This document shows positions 36,301 to 51,300 of a stretch of DNA of 64,000 nucleotides, piece after piece. How positions within the stretch are numbered: the first letter of the stretch is position 1; every line of letters begins with the position of its first letter. Where the stretch lies: NCBI GenBank assembly GCA_030141605.1, contig JAQGDQ010000037.1, positions 744,001-808,000 of the forward strand. The letters are read 5' to 3'. Origin of the DNA: Tubiluchus corallicola. Taxonomy: Eukaryota; Animalia; Priapulida. A model generated the notes under the pieces. That model saw only the letters and a list, made by a program, of their open reading frames with translations, did not search any database and was not told the origin of the DNA. Both the position numbers and the translations under genes were made by a program.

Positions 36301-39300
36301 ATTAAAACAATAGCTAAAATTTTTTAATTTTGTAGCACTCTCACTAATTTTTGCTATGAGCTGCCACTGCAACAGTGGTCTATAATAGCGGCATACTGAA
36401 CGCACAACTACAGGCATCTATATATTGTGTGAATGCTTTATTTCTTGTGAAATTTTGATATCACTGAGAATATTTCACCTTCAGGCAGTAAATATTGACA
36501 GCAGGTTTTCCTGAAATGAAGCCACTAGCAAAGTAGGACAATGTGTTAAAATAATCGATCAGGGAAGACCAGAAAAATTATGCTGGTGTGAAAAATATAC
36601 GCAGCTTGCTTTAGCTTACAGTACATTTTATATAGCTTTGTTGTGTAATTGTAAAAATTGACAATATATGAGCCTTACCAATACATGAAGTTCAGATTCT
36701 GGATTCAGGCAAGTAGAAAAGAAGAAGCATAATTCACCATCCAAAACATAATGTATAACATCCTTGTATAAATGTGTATCAGCCTCATTCAAATGCACAG
36801 AGACAAATTGTTTCTGAAAATACAAGATCATCAGCAGCCATCTGTCACACAGTTTGCTTTATTCAAATGATCATAAGCCAGTTGGCCTGAAAATAATATT
36901 CCTCTTCTCAGTCTCCAACCCAGATCATAAATGTTAAAAGTCAAACGTAGTAAAAATACTTACAGTCTGATGGTCGAATTTAAACAGCAATGAATGGTGA
37001 TCTTCTTTTTCGGGGATTTCACAAGCAAAAACCAAGAAGTAATCTCCATTGAATGCAGCTGCATCGACGGCCGTGATTTCTGAAAAAATGACATAAAACA
37101 TTACTACACTAATTTCAACGTAAGTAATAACTTTTTAGTTACTAATATTAATTTTTGAAATAAATTAGAAGTTTCACTTTTTGTTGATTCAGATGACACA
37201 GTTAAGCTAGGACTCCATTTGAGGGCAATGTGTGATCTGTGGCATACTGACTGTTTCCATGTGCCTGTGGAAAGCTATGCGTCTTAACAAAGCTCAAGGG
37301 TTCTTTTCACTATTTTTGGTTGCCTGTTCACGAAAACTGGGAATAATTTTTGAAATTTCAGCATGATAATTACAGCAGTGGCATTAGCTTATTACTGAAC
37401 TATTCAAGGCAAAGGAAGTTTTGGGTGAAAAACATTTTGAAAGAAGAGAAAAGTACAGCATGTATCATTGTTTAGTGAAATTAACTGTAAGTACAGATGC
37501 ATAGCATAGAATTATACGCTTCTTATTGCTGATTGTATGTCCCTAAGTGATCAAAATTTCACTTAACCCGAATTTCCAGTTAGCGAAAATCATTATCAGA
37601 AAATCTGAACTCGCTTGATACCATAAGCATCTGTGTATTGCTGCATCATGCATATTCAGACCTACACGAGTGAATACGTATCACAAATCACACATTACGG
37701 ATTATGTACACACTGAAACACTACAATGTATTTAAATACAAATTGTTGTATATGAGTTACATATCACGTTATACACATTATTTACACAAGGAGTCATAAC
37801 TTTACAACCAAAAGTAAAGAACTAGCATTAACTGTGTTCTACATTCCATTCTATGTGCTACCAGCACAGGCTCACATTAGTATGTACAAAGGTAAAACAG
37901 GATGTCCAATGTATTCACTCACTGTTAAAGTTAATTATCTGTTTTACTTCATACAATCCACTGGACTCATTGAAAAACATGACAGAAGAACTAGCATTAT
38001 CATCCTCCACTCCGATGACAATGTTCAGCTCATCACCAATGAAGAAAGTATCTACATCGGTTACAGTCGCATTTGTTAGGAAACCATGTAAATTGCCATT
38101 TGTATCTACCACAGTTGTCCCCTTTATGCCTGCAACGTAAATGAAGGTGATTAATTCAAGGTGAGTGTTTAGCTAATTTAAGCATGGTAAAGTGAGCTCT
38201 TACTAATCTAGGCAGCTTAAGAAAAGTGTAACTATGTTAACTATCAAGATTTGAATTGATTTTCTTTGCTAATCACGCAAGTCACTGAAGCATTAAGAAT
38301 ATAATAAAATAATTCGAAATAATACTGCCAGATGGGCTGAAAGACATAAGAAAAATTTGGATGTCTGCATCAATCATCTTGGTTAGTACTACCAACAACA
38401 GTACTATAGTATAGATATTTAAAAAATTTCTTGTTAATGAACTTCTGACAGCGAGACTTTTGTAAAAAGTTTCTATGCAATTTTCGCAAAATTGTTCAGG
38501 AAATTCCAATTCCAAAACAATAACTTTGCAACTTCACTAAATATTTTAAGATGCTGATTAGTTTGATTGATTTAGGTCCTGTTTAACTAATGGGAAGCAG
38601 AAAGTGTCTCTGCATGATAGTATATCATTTTGCTCCAATCTAGAGTCAGGGTTCCCCAGGGATCAGTGTTAGGGCTAATTTTAAGAGTATTTATGTTGCA
38701 TATTTAATATTTCAAAAGTAAAAATATTGTTAATACATGGTGACGAGAGTCGAGTATATTTTTCTCTTAAACCTAAAATTCCTCATTCTACAACAGCAAA
38801 CATCGAAAACTGTATATCTGATATTAGAGTTTGGATCACCTCAAACAGTTAAAACTGAATAAAATGAAAACCGAATGTCTGATTATAGGTCAAAGTTCAC
38901 ATTTAAATTTTGTTACTCTTGTTGGCATATATATTGGTGAATCATTGACATCTCATAGGCAGACCATCAAGAACTTGGGTGTAAAAATTTTTTGGTCTTA
39001 AGTCTTTTAATTAATATATAGTCACCGTTTGTAATAGTGCATTTTATCATTTATATAACTTTTACCATGAAATGAAGCATCTTCTAACTAGATCATCTGC
39101 TGAAACACTTGTGCGTGAATTTATATCATCCAGGCCTCACTATTGCAACAGTGTTCTAGTTGGTTTACCCATTATAAATTTTTTAAATTATAATTAATAC
39201 AAATTTCTGCTGCTCGATTTATTACTGGCACCAAAGACACTGGATTTTATTACCGGTACATCTTATACACATCTTGTATAATGCAGTTTGAACAGTTCCA

Positions 39301-42300
39301 TTGTTAAAGGATAATAAAAACTTGCATAATTATATAGTTATGTATATTTAGCAAGCAATAGAAGGAACAGATGAAAATTAAAAGTAAACAGACAGGTTGG
39401 TCATATGACATGATGCTGTTTGCTTAGACAATTGATTATTAACTGTTAGAAATGTAGAACACTAAATGGTAAAACTGTTCCAAACGTTGACCTAAAAGCA
39501 AATCAAATTTTCTAATTCAGAACTATTTTATTTTATCATTTGAACAAAAAAAAACTTCAATTCAGTGACAAAGACAATTTGAGAATATCTGGCATTAATA
39601 AAATTATTTACGGTTGATCACTAACCTTCACAGTCAAGTCCATTGTCAATAACAATCAATAACTGACGACCTCGGTAAGTAAAAGCATGCACCTTGGTAG
39701 AAGCTCCAGTATTAAATTCTGCAAAGCCTGTAATAAATGAAAACACAAACTGAGTTACAGTGTGTAATTAACTAATCAATGCAAACTGAATTAATATCAG
39801 TCCAATTCGAAATTTACTGTACAATTACTACTCAGGTTAAAATGAAGCAATTCTGTATTTCTAATATACTTGTAATTTTAGATACTGATTTGTAAAAATT
39901 TCAGCAAGAATTTTTTCTATGGTATGATAAAACTTTCACAGTGAGGAATTTTTTTCACGCTGTTAAAGCACTACTCTGTGGATTCTACCCAGCTCTTCAT
40001 TTTCTAATGAAAAACAGGACCATGAATTAATGACAGGACCATGAAGTGATGAGAAAAACTTTTATCATATCATTACCGGCATCAACAAGATCACCATGAA
40101 GCCACACATATCTCTTTGTGTTTCTGCACTGGCCAGGAACACCATATGACTGGTACAAGTACTGGTTGCCATCAATTGTAACAGTTTCAAAATTGTGTGC
40201 AGCTGGCAGCGTTGTGAAATGTTCAAAATACTGCAGAAAACTGACCGATTCTGAAACGACAAGAAATCAATGTCATGTTCTATTCTAAAGCAAGACCTAT
40301 ACAGGGGTGTTAAACAATACACATAGGCGATGCAATAGTGATAATGATGAGATACAATACTTTTTTCCCAAAAACAATAACAATAATATCCAACACTTTC
40401 TTCAAAAAAAATAGTGATAAGCTATTTTTTTTTGCAATAAGATACGATAAATTATTTCGAACAATAAAAACGATACCAAAGTTAGACAATCTATGCAAAA
40501 ACAGAGTGTCATTAACAATAAAGAACATTAAGTGCTCCACTGCATTCAGTGCTGTATACTTAAAATTTGGCTGCTAGTTAATTATAAAGCACAAGTTTGT
40601 TTGCCATAATGATTCGTAAATAAGTAAACTGCGACAGGTAAACATATAAAAATATTTATCTATGCGAGCTGCACATGACCGAGAAACTGAAAAATACCGT
40701 ACAGTGTATCCACGCGCATCAGTATGCAGATGGTCGTTATTGCCAGGCAAAATTACAAGAAAACGATTCCGCGTCTGACAAGCTTATAATTTTAATTAAT
40801 ACTTTTTTCTTTTTATCCAGTTCTTTGCACAATTACTGTCAATAAATAGAAAAGAAGGGTGAAGCGATTTTATATGGGTAAACGATAAGCAACAATACAT
40901 GCCAAATTCAATGCGATAGTGATATTCCCAAAGACAAATGCTGAAATGTTTAACACTAAAACGTACATTCGAATAATCAACTGGAAGTAGTTACAGAAAG
41001 ACATTTACCATTTAACAAGTTACTGTAATTAGCAACTCTGTTACACTGATCTGCCACACTTTGCTGAACCTTTGGTACCTCGCTTGCCAAAAATTCATCC
41101 AGATTGTAAACACTTTCATTCAAACTCTGAAAATGGATAACATATTAGTAAGATGGTTCTACCAAAAACATCTATAACATATAGGACCCTATAGTTCAAT
41201 AATTTAATTATAAGTAGTAGCACAGAAATACTCTAGCATAGCATAGGAATAGCATAGCAAATTCAATTACTTCTAGTGATACAAATCCCAGTGAATCAAA
41301 AAAGTTTTTGTTGCATTTAGATAGTTCACTACAAATGGCAAGCATGGGGCTAGAAAATCTTACCGAATTGGATGGATGTAGTATGCGGGACACTTCTCAA
41401 ATTAATAAAAGTTTCGATTTTTTCTTCTCTTTACAAGTAAAAAACGACAAAACTGTTCAATATTCTAATACTCACCAAAGTTACAATGTAATTATTACTT
41501 GAAGTAATATTTTTTGCGCGCTTGCATACGCTGCGATTTGTTCCTACATATTACTGCTATTGCGTTGCATTCAAAAACTTAGCAGCGGCAGAACATGCAG
41601 ATATAATGTATGTGCATAAAAATTATACAGTAACTGTAACTGAACTGTTATATTAGCGATCTTGTTCTATAAATAGGCGGCTTACTGCTATAAAGATGAG
41701 ATATATTGATTTTTTGCAGTACTCCAGTTAGCCATCTAAGCCTCACCTATGGTCAGTATTAAAATTCACTTCATAATAAGTGTTGTCTTGCTCTGACTCA
41801 ATGAGTTGTGCTTGTCTCCAAATTATGCTATTATAATTACCATAGCAACTTGTTTTGGCTTCAACCAGTACAAGACAAGTGCCAATATCTTAAAAACTTC
41901 ACAGTATAATTACTTTTTGGCACTCAGAAGAACTTCCTTCTGTAGGAAAGCAACATCAGACATAACAATTAAGTGCCTAGATGGGTGATGTATTGCAAAA
42001 TTATTGTTTGAAGTTGTCCTAGCAAAGTGATGGAACATGTGAGCTCCTTTCTTAGGACTCTTTTCTTAGTGCAGTTCTAAGAAATTTTGTGGAATAGTAA
42101 AGTCACTATTCTTGGTTCGTGTTCTTGGTGGGTATTACTAACTAATACTATGAGTGAGTGTGTAACAATAACTGAAATAATGTTTGAAGATACCAACTGT
42201 ATTAGCAGTGGGAATACAGATAAATAATGAAAATTCTAATAAAATTGATATTTTAGTAGTTCAACTTCTTAAATCTTCATGGGCTCTGTGGCCCTTTGCT

Positions 42301-45300
42301 GTTTTACCTATTACTTGTATTAGCTTGAGTTTAAAAAAAAATACGCGTTGTAAATGCCCCAGTGATCACGGTTTATGACAAACAGTTAAGATGACACACC
42401 TTAACATTAACCCCGTCCATTATTTTTGCATCGACAGTATCGTTCATAATCACATGATTCACAAATGTCCATTCTCCTGTCACATTTAGAGCCTCATCCG
42501 TATAAGCTATGTTTTCAGCCAGTGCTGCAAAGTCTTGTCCGAGTAATTTACCTAAAAATAGACAACTATTATTAACTGTGTCAAAACATGTTCTACCTAT
42601 TGTAATTATCTGGAGTCTGTTTTAAATAACGGAAGGTGTTGAGGCTGAGTGATATGGCGCATGCCTGCCAATCCAAAGTTCTGGGTTGCAATCTCACTCT
42701 TGTCAAAAGTTGCCGAGACATGCTCCACTCGAGGAGAACTCAACAGCTGCCTTCCTAAGTCTACTCAGCCTTACCATCTTCACTGCTACACAATTTCTAT
42801 TGTAGCTGGCAGAGGGGAATATTTTAAGAATAGAAAAATTGCTACTGCTACACATACTACTACAATCTGTACAATCTATAGATTATTTCAACTTTTGCTA
42901 TATTACCATCAGTCTTACTATCATTGCTACCACCAAAACTGTTAAACACAATATTTCAGCAATAGATCATCAAAACGATCTTTATCACATCATTTTAAAG
43001 TTAGATTTGTTTTATGTGGTATAGTTCAAAACTATTTAAAAATATAGGGTAGAAAACAAAAGTTACGGAACTGTACACTGCAGTGCACAGTTAATAATAA
43101 CAGCCCATCTAAATTCCTAGGTAACCACTGTCTGTTGAACTGCCCTTATAACCAATAACAGATGCCAGGAATCCAGTTCAGCCATATACACCAATTTTAG
43201 CAAATGTTAAACACATGGAAGAGCCAGCCTCTAGGAATCAACATGTTCATGTTCGCTCTACACTCTACATTATCATATACGCTCGATAAACATGTTGAAT
43301 CAGCAACATTCTTTCTTGCACCAAATTATGCTTAACAAAACTGAATTCCAATTCAGTGAAACTAGGGCTAATGAAGCTAATTAAACTCCCTTAATTTCCA
43401 CAAAAACATTACACTAAAGACAAAAGATGTTGCAAAGACTAACGATATTAGCCAAGTTTACCTGATACAAGTGTAAGAGCATCCATAGCATTAATGTCCG
43501 ATGTGAATGTTTTGTTATCGTTGATTGTGATGTTTGAGTCAAGCAGAATAGTTTGCCCGGATAAATTATTTATACCGTCTGTTTCTCCCAAAAAATCTAC
43601 ATTGCCTTTAAATATGACAGCCTCCTAGAAAAATGATAAAAACAGACTCTGCCTTAGAAGTTTGTCAGTCTGTTAGTACACTGCTAAATTCACAGAGGAT
43701 AGATTCAACTACAAATAGATGATCAAAATTTGCTAATTGTCAAATTTGCTAATTAAGCCATCATTCTTCGTTGCACAGAATGTCATGTTATATCATTACT
43801 GTCACACATTTAGGTTAAACTGACAAACTGTACTTCTGTCATAAGCGAAAGTATATAATAAAGGGCCATCCAGTTTTCGGCCGATTTCGAGGACAATGCT
43901 ACTTTGCGTTATAATGGTGTTATCATATGTCCCACCACCTACTTAACCCTTATATTGGTATCGATGTAGCTTTTTGTACATTTTATCTATCCTTCTCTCA
44001 AGTAAAGGCAACAACATCACTTTGTTATTTAATGGGAAACCATCAGTGGATTCTACTGGCATCGGCGGTAGTGTCGTCTGCTGCTGGCACGTACGTGTGA
44101 AAAAGCCATGAAGACAAATAACAATGTCATGACTGAATCATCTACCTACCTTGCGTTATAATGATGTTATCACGTGTCTGTCATGTACCTACCCTAAACT
44201 TGATATTGTTATATGTGTATGATTTCTAAAGCACATAACAAGACAGAGATTAACCTAAAAAAAAATTGACAGAGGATATATGGAATTTACTTACAGAAAA
44301 TACATATGTGCCATTAGTAGAATGATTTCCAGCTTTGTTAAGAGTGTTTGCCGATGTTGACTTAATATCGTATCCATTTACCGTACCAGATGATGAAATC
44401 AAGTCAATATTTCCAGTCACATTTAACATATCAAATGTTTTGTTGCCAGTAATGTTTGTTGCACCTAGTAATTTGAGCATAGGGTTATAAAACAATGAAA
44501 TGGAGAGAAAACAGTGAATGAAAAATTGAAAAGCTTTGATTTAGAAATTTGAAAATCTTTTCAATACATCAAGTCAAACTAACTAAGGTTTCCTACCAGC
44601 GTATGAGACCCAAATCCAGGGATGGATTATCATTTGGGCTAGTATAGGCTGCAGCCTAGGGCCCCTCAAGTTTTTGTAACAGTTGGTAAAAAATCTGTTT
44701 TTTCGTTTTGGAATAGTAAATATAGTAAAATAGTGGTATTTCTTAAAAAATATTTTTATTGATTAATAAAAGATAGCTATTCTAGCTTATTTAAGGAATT
44801 TGCAATAAGTTTACTTCAAGCTATGTAAATGTCGCTAAAACATATCAGGAGTAAAGGATTCAAGATGGGTGCGGTCAAGTTGGTAGTTGAGCGGGCCCCC
44901 AAAAGGTCATAATCTAGCACTGCACAAGTCATAACAATATAAGAATGTAGACCAAGCTTCAAAGATGCCAGATCTTAAAGCACTAAATATTTAAATGAAA
45001 TGTATATAATGGACAGATATTAATTTTGCAGACAACTCTGCAAACAATAAACATGATCTTTGTTACTAAATCCATGTAGTGGTAAACCACGTACAGTGAA
45101 CCCACACCGAGTACTCTAAACATTAAAATACTTGTTACACAGCAATAGTGACACAAACAGAAATATGAAAAAGGAATGGTACCTCATTTTGACTGAAGTG
45201 CATAAAAGAATAAAAACAAATAAATGCTTGTTGCAAACAAAAATAACAACATAAGCACGACTGAATTGCTTTAACGAACTGTTTAACAGAACATACCTGT

Positions 45301-48300
45301 CAATGTAATGACAGATTCCTGCAAGCGAATGGTGTTCACGGCATCTTCAACTTGTACATCTCCTACAACCTCCAAGTCACCCAAAAACTGCTTTGTATCT
45401 AAAGAGAGGAAAAAAATTATAGCACAAGTTGCCCTTTATTAAGGGCGAATTATCCACACACTGTGAAGATAAAAAACATTGAATAAAATTCATGTGTTTA
45501 ACAAGACAGTTTTAGTAATGCAAATAGAAAACAAAGATCACCACAGCTACACCTACAAAATTATATCTGATGGAAGTAAAATGTATAACTCTCCAGATTG
45601 CCTAGTATTTACTTACTACTGATGGTATGATTTTTGTGTATAAAAACAGCAGTATCAAAGTACTGGTCCACATCAACATTATTCACATTGCCTTCAACCA
45701 CCATGTTGTTATCCACAATCAATGCTTCAAATGTTGTTGAATCAGCAAAAGTCTGATTTGCTGTAAACTTCTGTAAGTTAAAATTGTGCAGTAAATATGA
45801 ATATTTAAGCAAGTACTATGATATTGTGTGAATTTTCTAGTAGTAATAATGTTTTACTCGATGGCGATAAAATGACAACAAAAATTAGTACAGATGAAAT
45901 GGCTTTGTAGGCAAATATCTAAACATCACAAACTTTAAAGTGTTCTCAGTTGCAAAACACAGTTCAGCATTAGATGACTGGAGCCAAAAATGTCGCATAA
46001 AATGAAATAAGATAAATTTTATGACAGACATAAGTTGGGGGATTAGCATGCAACTGTGCTTCAAAACTGCAACAGATTATATGGAGGATAAAAACCTATT
46101 TAGCCAATATGTTTTTAAATTATGCCCACCATCACGAGATCTAACCCTGCGAATAATAAAATATTCTAGAACACATTTAAGACACATTCATGTCACCTTC
46201 ACAATTGGGATATGAATATTAATAAATGATATTAATAAATGATGTTAATAATAATAATAACAATAATAATAAGATTTTGAATTATGCAACTGATACAAGC
46301 TTTTAAATTTTGTGTTCTAACAATACACTTGTCAAATTTTAAAAAAGTTAACACACATTTACTTCAACCAAACTCTGCAAAAAACTTAACTAAGTAAAAG
46401 TTCTAAAATGAGTCGACAGTCAAAACGAATAACTACCTTTTAACCTACGCCTTGAAACTTTAATGCTTATCTAACAATCGTATTCTTCACAGTATGATAC
46501 TTTTATTTTTTAGTTTTTATTTTTTTATTAAATGACAATGCAAAAAGAGAAAAATTAAAAGAAATAAATAAATAGCTTAAAGAACAGGAAGATTCAGCAA
46601 ACAAAAGAGCAAATTTTCTTACTGCAGCTTTATCATAGTGTACCATGTCAGCTTTTAACTCTGATAAGACCTTGCCATTAACTGTTCCATTCAAGGTGTT
46701 CAAATTTCCCTCAAATGAAATACCACCTGAAGTAAGAAAAAATTAGTGAAAAACATTTATAATAAAATATCGTTTGAAGAATAAGCAAAACTGTAAGTAT
46801 ACTAACAATAAAATTTGCTGTAAACCATCAACAAAAATAGTCAATATGTGACAAAACATTTGCTGAAGCAAGTGTCAACGAAAACAGTAGATGTAATAAT
46901 AACATCCTTTGAAATATTAACAAAATATTGACTAGTAACAAAATGGGGTGCATGCATGTCAACACATATTCCAATATTGAAATCGATATTATCATGGTTA
47001 CAGAAAAAATATCGATTATCAGTACAGGTAGTCGTCGACTTACTACCAAAATATGTTCTGGTGGATTGGTCATAAGACGAATTGAACCCAAGTCAGATCC
47101 GTATATTAAAGCGGTGTGCCCCTACACACAAGAGATTTGGTGTGTACAAGCATTAAGTATGGTGGTGCCTACGATGAATTTATCGAAACAGATAACGATT
47201 TAAAGTTAATTTGTTTAAAAAACTAGAGGTCGGGTTGTATAGCCAAACAATCATATTTCGCATAGGTCATAAGTCGACAACTGCCTATAACTGTTTCGGT
47301 ATATAGCCATCTCTTGTATCTACTTGTAAAACTTACTTGTAAAAGTTTTATTAGCTTCAATGCTAGCATTTTGATTAACGTATATAGCATCATTAAACTT
47401 TGCTTGAATGTCTTCTCCATTTATTAGAGCATCATCACCCAAAATTAAGTCACCGACAAGAAAAATATCTATAAACAGAATAATGACAAGTTATTCAAAA
47501 GCAATACGGCAAAGATACCTGGGACATTGTTCATAAATCAATTTATTTAAAAAATAGTAGATGAAAACACTACAAATTTTAAACTAAAGGCAATTTATAT
47601 ATTCATTGCTTCTAGTTTTATCAGAAAAGATTACCCCAATCAGTTTTGTTTGAAGGCACAAAAACTTCCGAATTAAATCAAATAAGAATTAAGTTTAGCA
47701 ATGCAAAAAAAATCACTAAAGTTCAAATACAGAGTACTTTATGAAGTTTTAGTTTTGAGCAAAAGCAGAAAGAAAATGCTCTAACTAAGATAGCCTGATA
47801 CTTGAATTTTTTCTTGGTGGTTTATATAAGATGAAATCGGGTCTGAAGGTGTCATTTCTGAAGAAAGTCTGGAGCTGGAATTCATGACTTGCTCTAACTA
47901 AGATTTTCTGATACTTTAATTTTTTTCTTGGTGGTTTATACAAGAGGAAATCTGGTTCGAAAGTGTCATTTCCGAAGAGTCTGGAACTGGAATTTACGAC
48001 TTGTTTTGTAAACTTCGAGGCTCAGTTTCATTAGGAGGGAAGCCATGAAATGTAATAAAATTAGTTTCAAATTTTAAGTTATGGTTAGCTCTTTTAATTA
48101 AAGAAATTTTGTTTTTACGTTAAATTTGACCATTAAGACTGAAACCAAGTAACACCAAAAAGTCAATAAGACACAGAGCTTGAAAGAATAAAGGTTACCA
48201 TTCTCGAAATTAATCAGATGAGTAACAATATTGTTTTGGTTGGTCTTCATGCTGTTATTGTAAAGATGGCTGATGTCCGTATCACTCACACGACTCGCAT

Positions 48301-51300
48301 CGTCCATAGTTATTTTATCTGCTGTTACATTCTCATTAACAGTGTAATTCCCTATTAAATAAAGAACATGTAAAGTGACAATAAAAAAATAAAAAAATAC
48401 TAGAACGCAATTACTTAAACAAGAACCAAACCAAAAACCAACAAAAACTATCAACAGATGTTATAAAATTTCTATAAGCTTTTTTGTTCAATGACGATTA
48501 CTGATGATGCGTAACAATGACTTTTACTGGAATGAATGCATGGGTGTCAGTATTTTACATTTTTATCATTAAATGCATCTACCATCGTCACAATACATGT
48601 AATTTTTATTTTACAATAAAAAGTAACCAAAAATAAACATTTGCATTATTAATGAATTTAGAATAAACAAATCTAACAAGGCACTTACCATAGAGAGTCT
48701 GCTCAGTATTTTTGGTCAGCAAATCTTCATGCACATGCAAACCATTCACAAGCGTAGCATTCAAGTCATTTGTAATGAAAATTGTGGTATTGCTTACCTA
48801 CATGTAAAGAAAATAAACACTAATAAAAATTCACAAAATTGAGTACTGGTATGAGAAACTTACTTCACAGCCATTCAAAAAACTCTTCAACCACATTTCA
48901 AATGGTAGTGTGCTCGCTTCCCACCCTGGAGGTTGTGGGTTCAACTCTTGAGCGAGTCATATTAAAGACAAAAAATAGCACCGCTGGTTTTTTGACCAAA
49001 CACACCGGCTTATTGAAACAGCGTGCAGGTAACATTAATTGGGAAATCGAAAAAACAAAAGGTGGCACTTTTGAATAAAATTATCGAGCGTTTGCATCGA
49101 CAAAATTCACTATTTGTCTGTCTAAGCTTAATAATGCTTGACAAAAACAAACATACCGTTTCGCCTGTTATTTCCTGGTCAGATTCTGGAACTAAGTAAA
49201 CAACATCATTTTCCAGTTCAGCCAAATCAACAGTATCTACTGAAGCAGCAGTTAGATTCTCATGGACAGTAATTGTATCTACGAATAACTAGAAATGCAA
49301 GAAAAATTTGCAAGACATAGGACTTTTCTCGTACACTACAGAGTAGAATAGAAATTGCAATAAACTATTCAAAGTGTATTATAAAAATAGAACACAAAAC
49401 AATTTTATAATAATAAAAAAATATACCGTTTCAGCTTCTATTGTTGTTTCCACATCCCTAAATGCTGCATCGTCAGCCAGCTGTTCTATGCTCACATTAT
49501 TAAATCCATTCACAGCTGTCAGAGAACCATTCACAGTAACAGTGCCTACATACATACAAAGTAATGACTGCAATGTGCTATTTAACAATACTAATCATTT
49601 ACCAAGCCAAGTGACAGGCAACGAGTTCTATCCTGCTAGCAATTAATGATATTATTGCCAAAAGAACTTATCAAAAAGTGGGGCTATGCAATAAAAGTTT
49701 ATACTACGTATTGATGAACTGCAAGCCATGGCATTGTTAAATTTGCTCATTCGGCACTTTTAGTGCAGGAGCCAAACCCATACAGGTTCAATTTCATTTG
49801 CTCAGTCTGGTAACCAATCTTTACTAATCGGTTGATAGAGGGGACTTTAATGCTTACTGCCTGGGTGGCTGAACTAATTTTAGGTGGGCTTTGAGGATTA
49901 CATGGACCTGTTTGTGGGACCACCCTCAAAAAACCACGTTAGTGCAAGTTTGTGTCTGGCACGCAATGTTGTACCCATGTAGGCCAGAACATTTACTTTC
50001 TCTAATTCCAATCCACTACATAATATTGGACTAAGGGATATTTTATCCGACATTTTATTCCTCATGCCTAGACTTTGTGCTCATTTGAAAGTGTAATTCA
50101 AAAATTGATTAAATTCCTAACTGTAATTCAGGGGTCACTATTTCTACAAATTTAAATTTTAGCTGATCATATATGCATAACATTCAAGATTATAATATTA
50201 CACCCTAGCCTGCAGCAGTAAGCATTTGATTTCTTTCTATCACATGCTATACTTAACTATGAAGTTTACAGGTTTACAAAAAATATAGAAAATTAATTTT
50301 GGAAAAACAACTTTTGAAGTTATGCCAACTGTTTGTCACTAATGGATTACTGACATACTGTAACAAGGCAAAGGTTAAGAAAATTGCTTTACACTGCAAA
50401 AAATAATAGCACATTTCTAGCATAATTACAAATTTTATGTCTACCAAATTATTTGCACATATCAGATACGAATGCAAAATATAAATAAAAAGTATTGTTA
50501 TATTACCAGTGAAATTGCTTAGACCAGTAACTGTTTGATCTCCAAACTTGAAAAGTACATCTGAAGCATATGACACAATATCTTCTCCATCTAGTAATCC
50601 AGCTAGTAGCAAGCTACCATCGATAATGACAAGTTTAGTAAAAGTAACTTGACTGTCCAGCACCTATAACAGAAAATGTAATGTGAAGCAGCATATGTTG
50701 CGTAAACCATGAAGTCGTCATAACACACACACAGCTATAAACCACACAAAATTTTACAAACAAGAATAAAAAATCAATAAAATCACATCAGGGAAACATG
50801 GTGTTTTTATAAGGCAACTAACAAACCTAACCTCGATAAGATAAGTGATTGATAAGGCAAATTCACTCAGTGAAATTTTGCAATTCTTTTTATGATTTGT
50901 CTAATGTTACACAATAACCAAATGTGGAGGGGAAGATGATAAGTGACCAGTCTAAAGAAGAGCGGGGGTTCAAAACATCTATGTTTTCCTCATCTACTTT
51001 GCAGCATCTGCATGTATTGCCTCATCTACTTTTTCCAGCATTTACATGTATCTAAATTCACTTTGGTCAAGGAAATTGAAATCTTCCTTGTAATTCATGT
51101 GTGCCAAGGTTGACATCAGATTAATCATATCAATAAAATTAGGCTGAAAATTGCTATAATTATACTTTCTGAAAAAATACTTCATTGGCATTTAACACTA
51201 CTAGAGCCTTTTCCAAAGTGCTGTTAGTATGTGCCTTGCGATTTGTTTGGCCACCGGATGGCGCCACATGCTTCTGCTAGTCTATGTGGTTAGGAATCTT

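Noticed and set aside
42640-42700. tRNA gene candidates (also ~34680, ~48900, ~61895)
   Set aside because: Only degenerate A/B-box-like motifs with no cloverleaf; more consistent with SINE relics.
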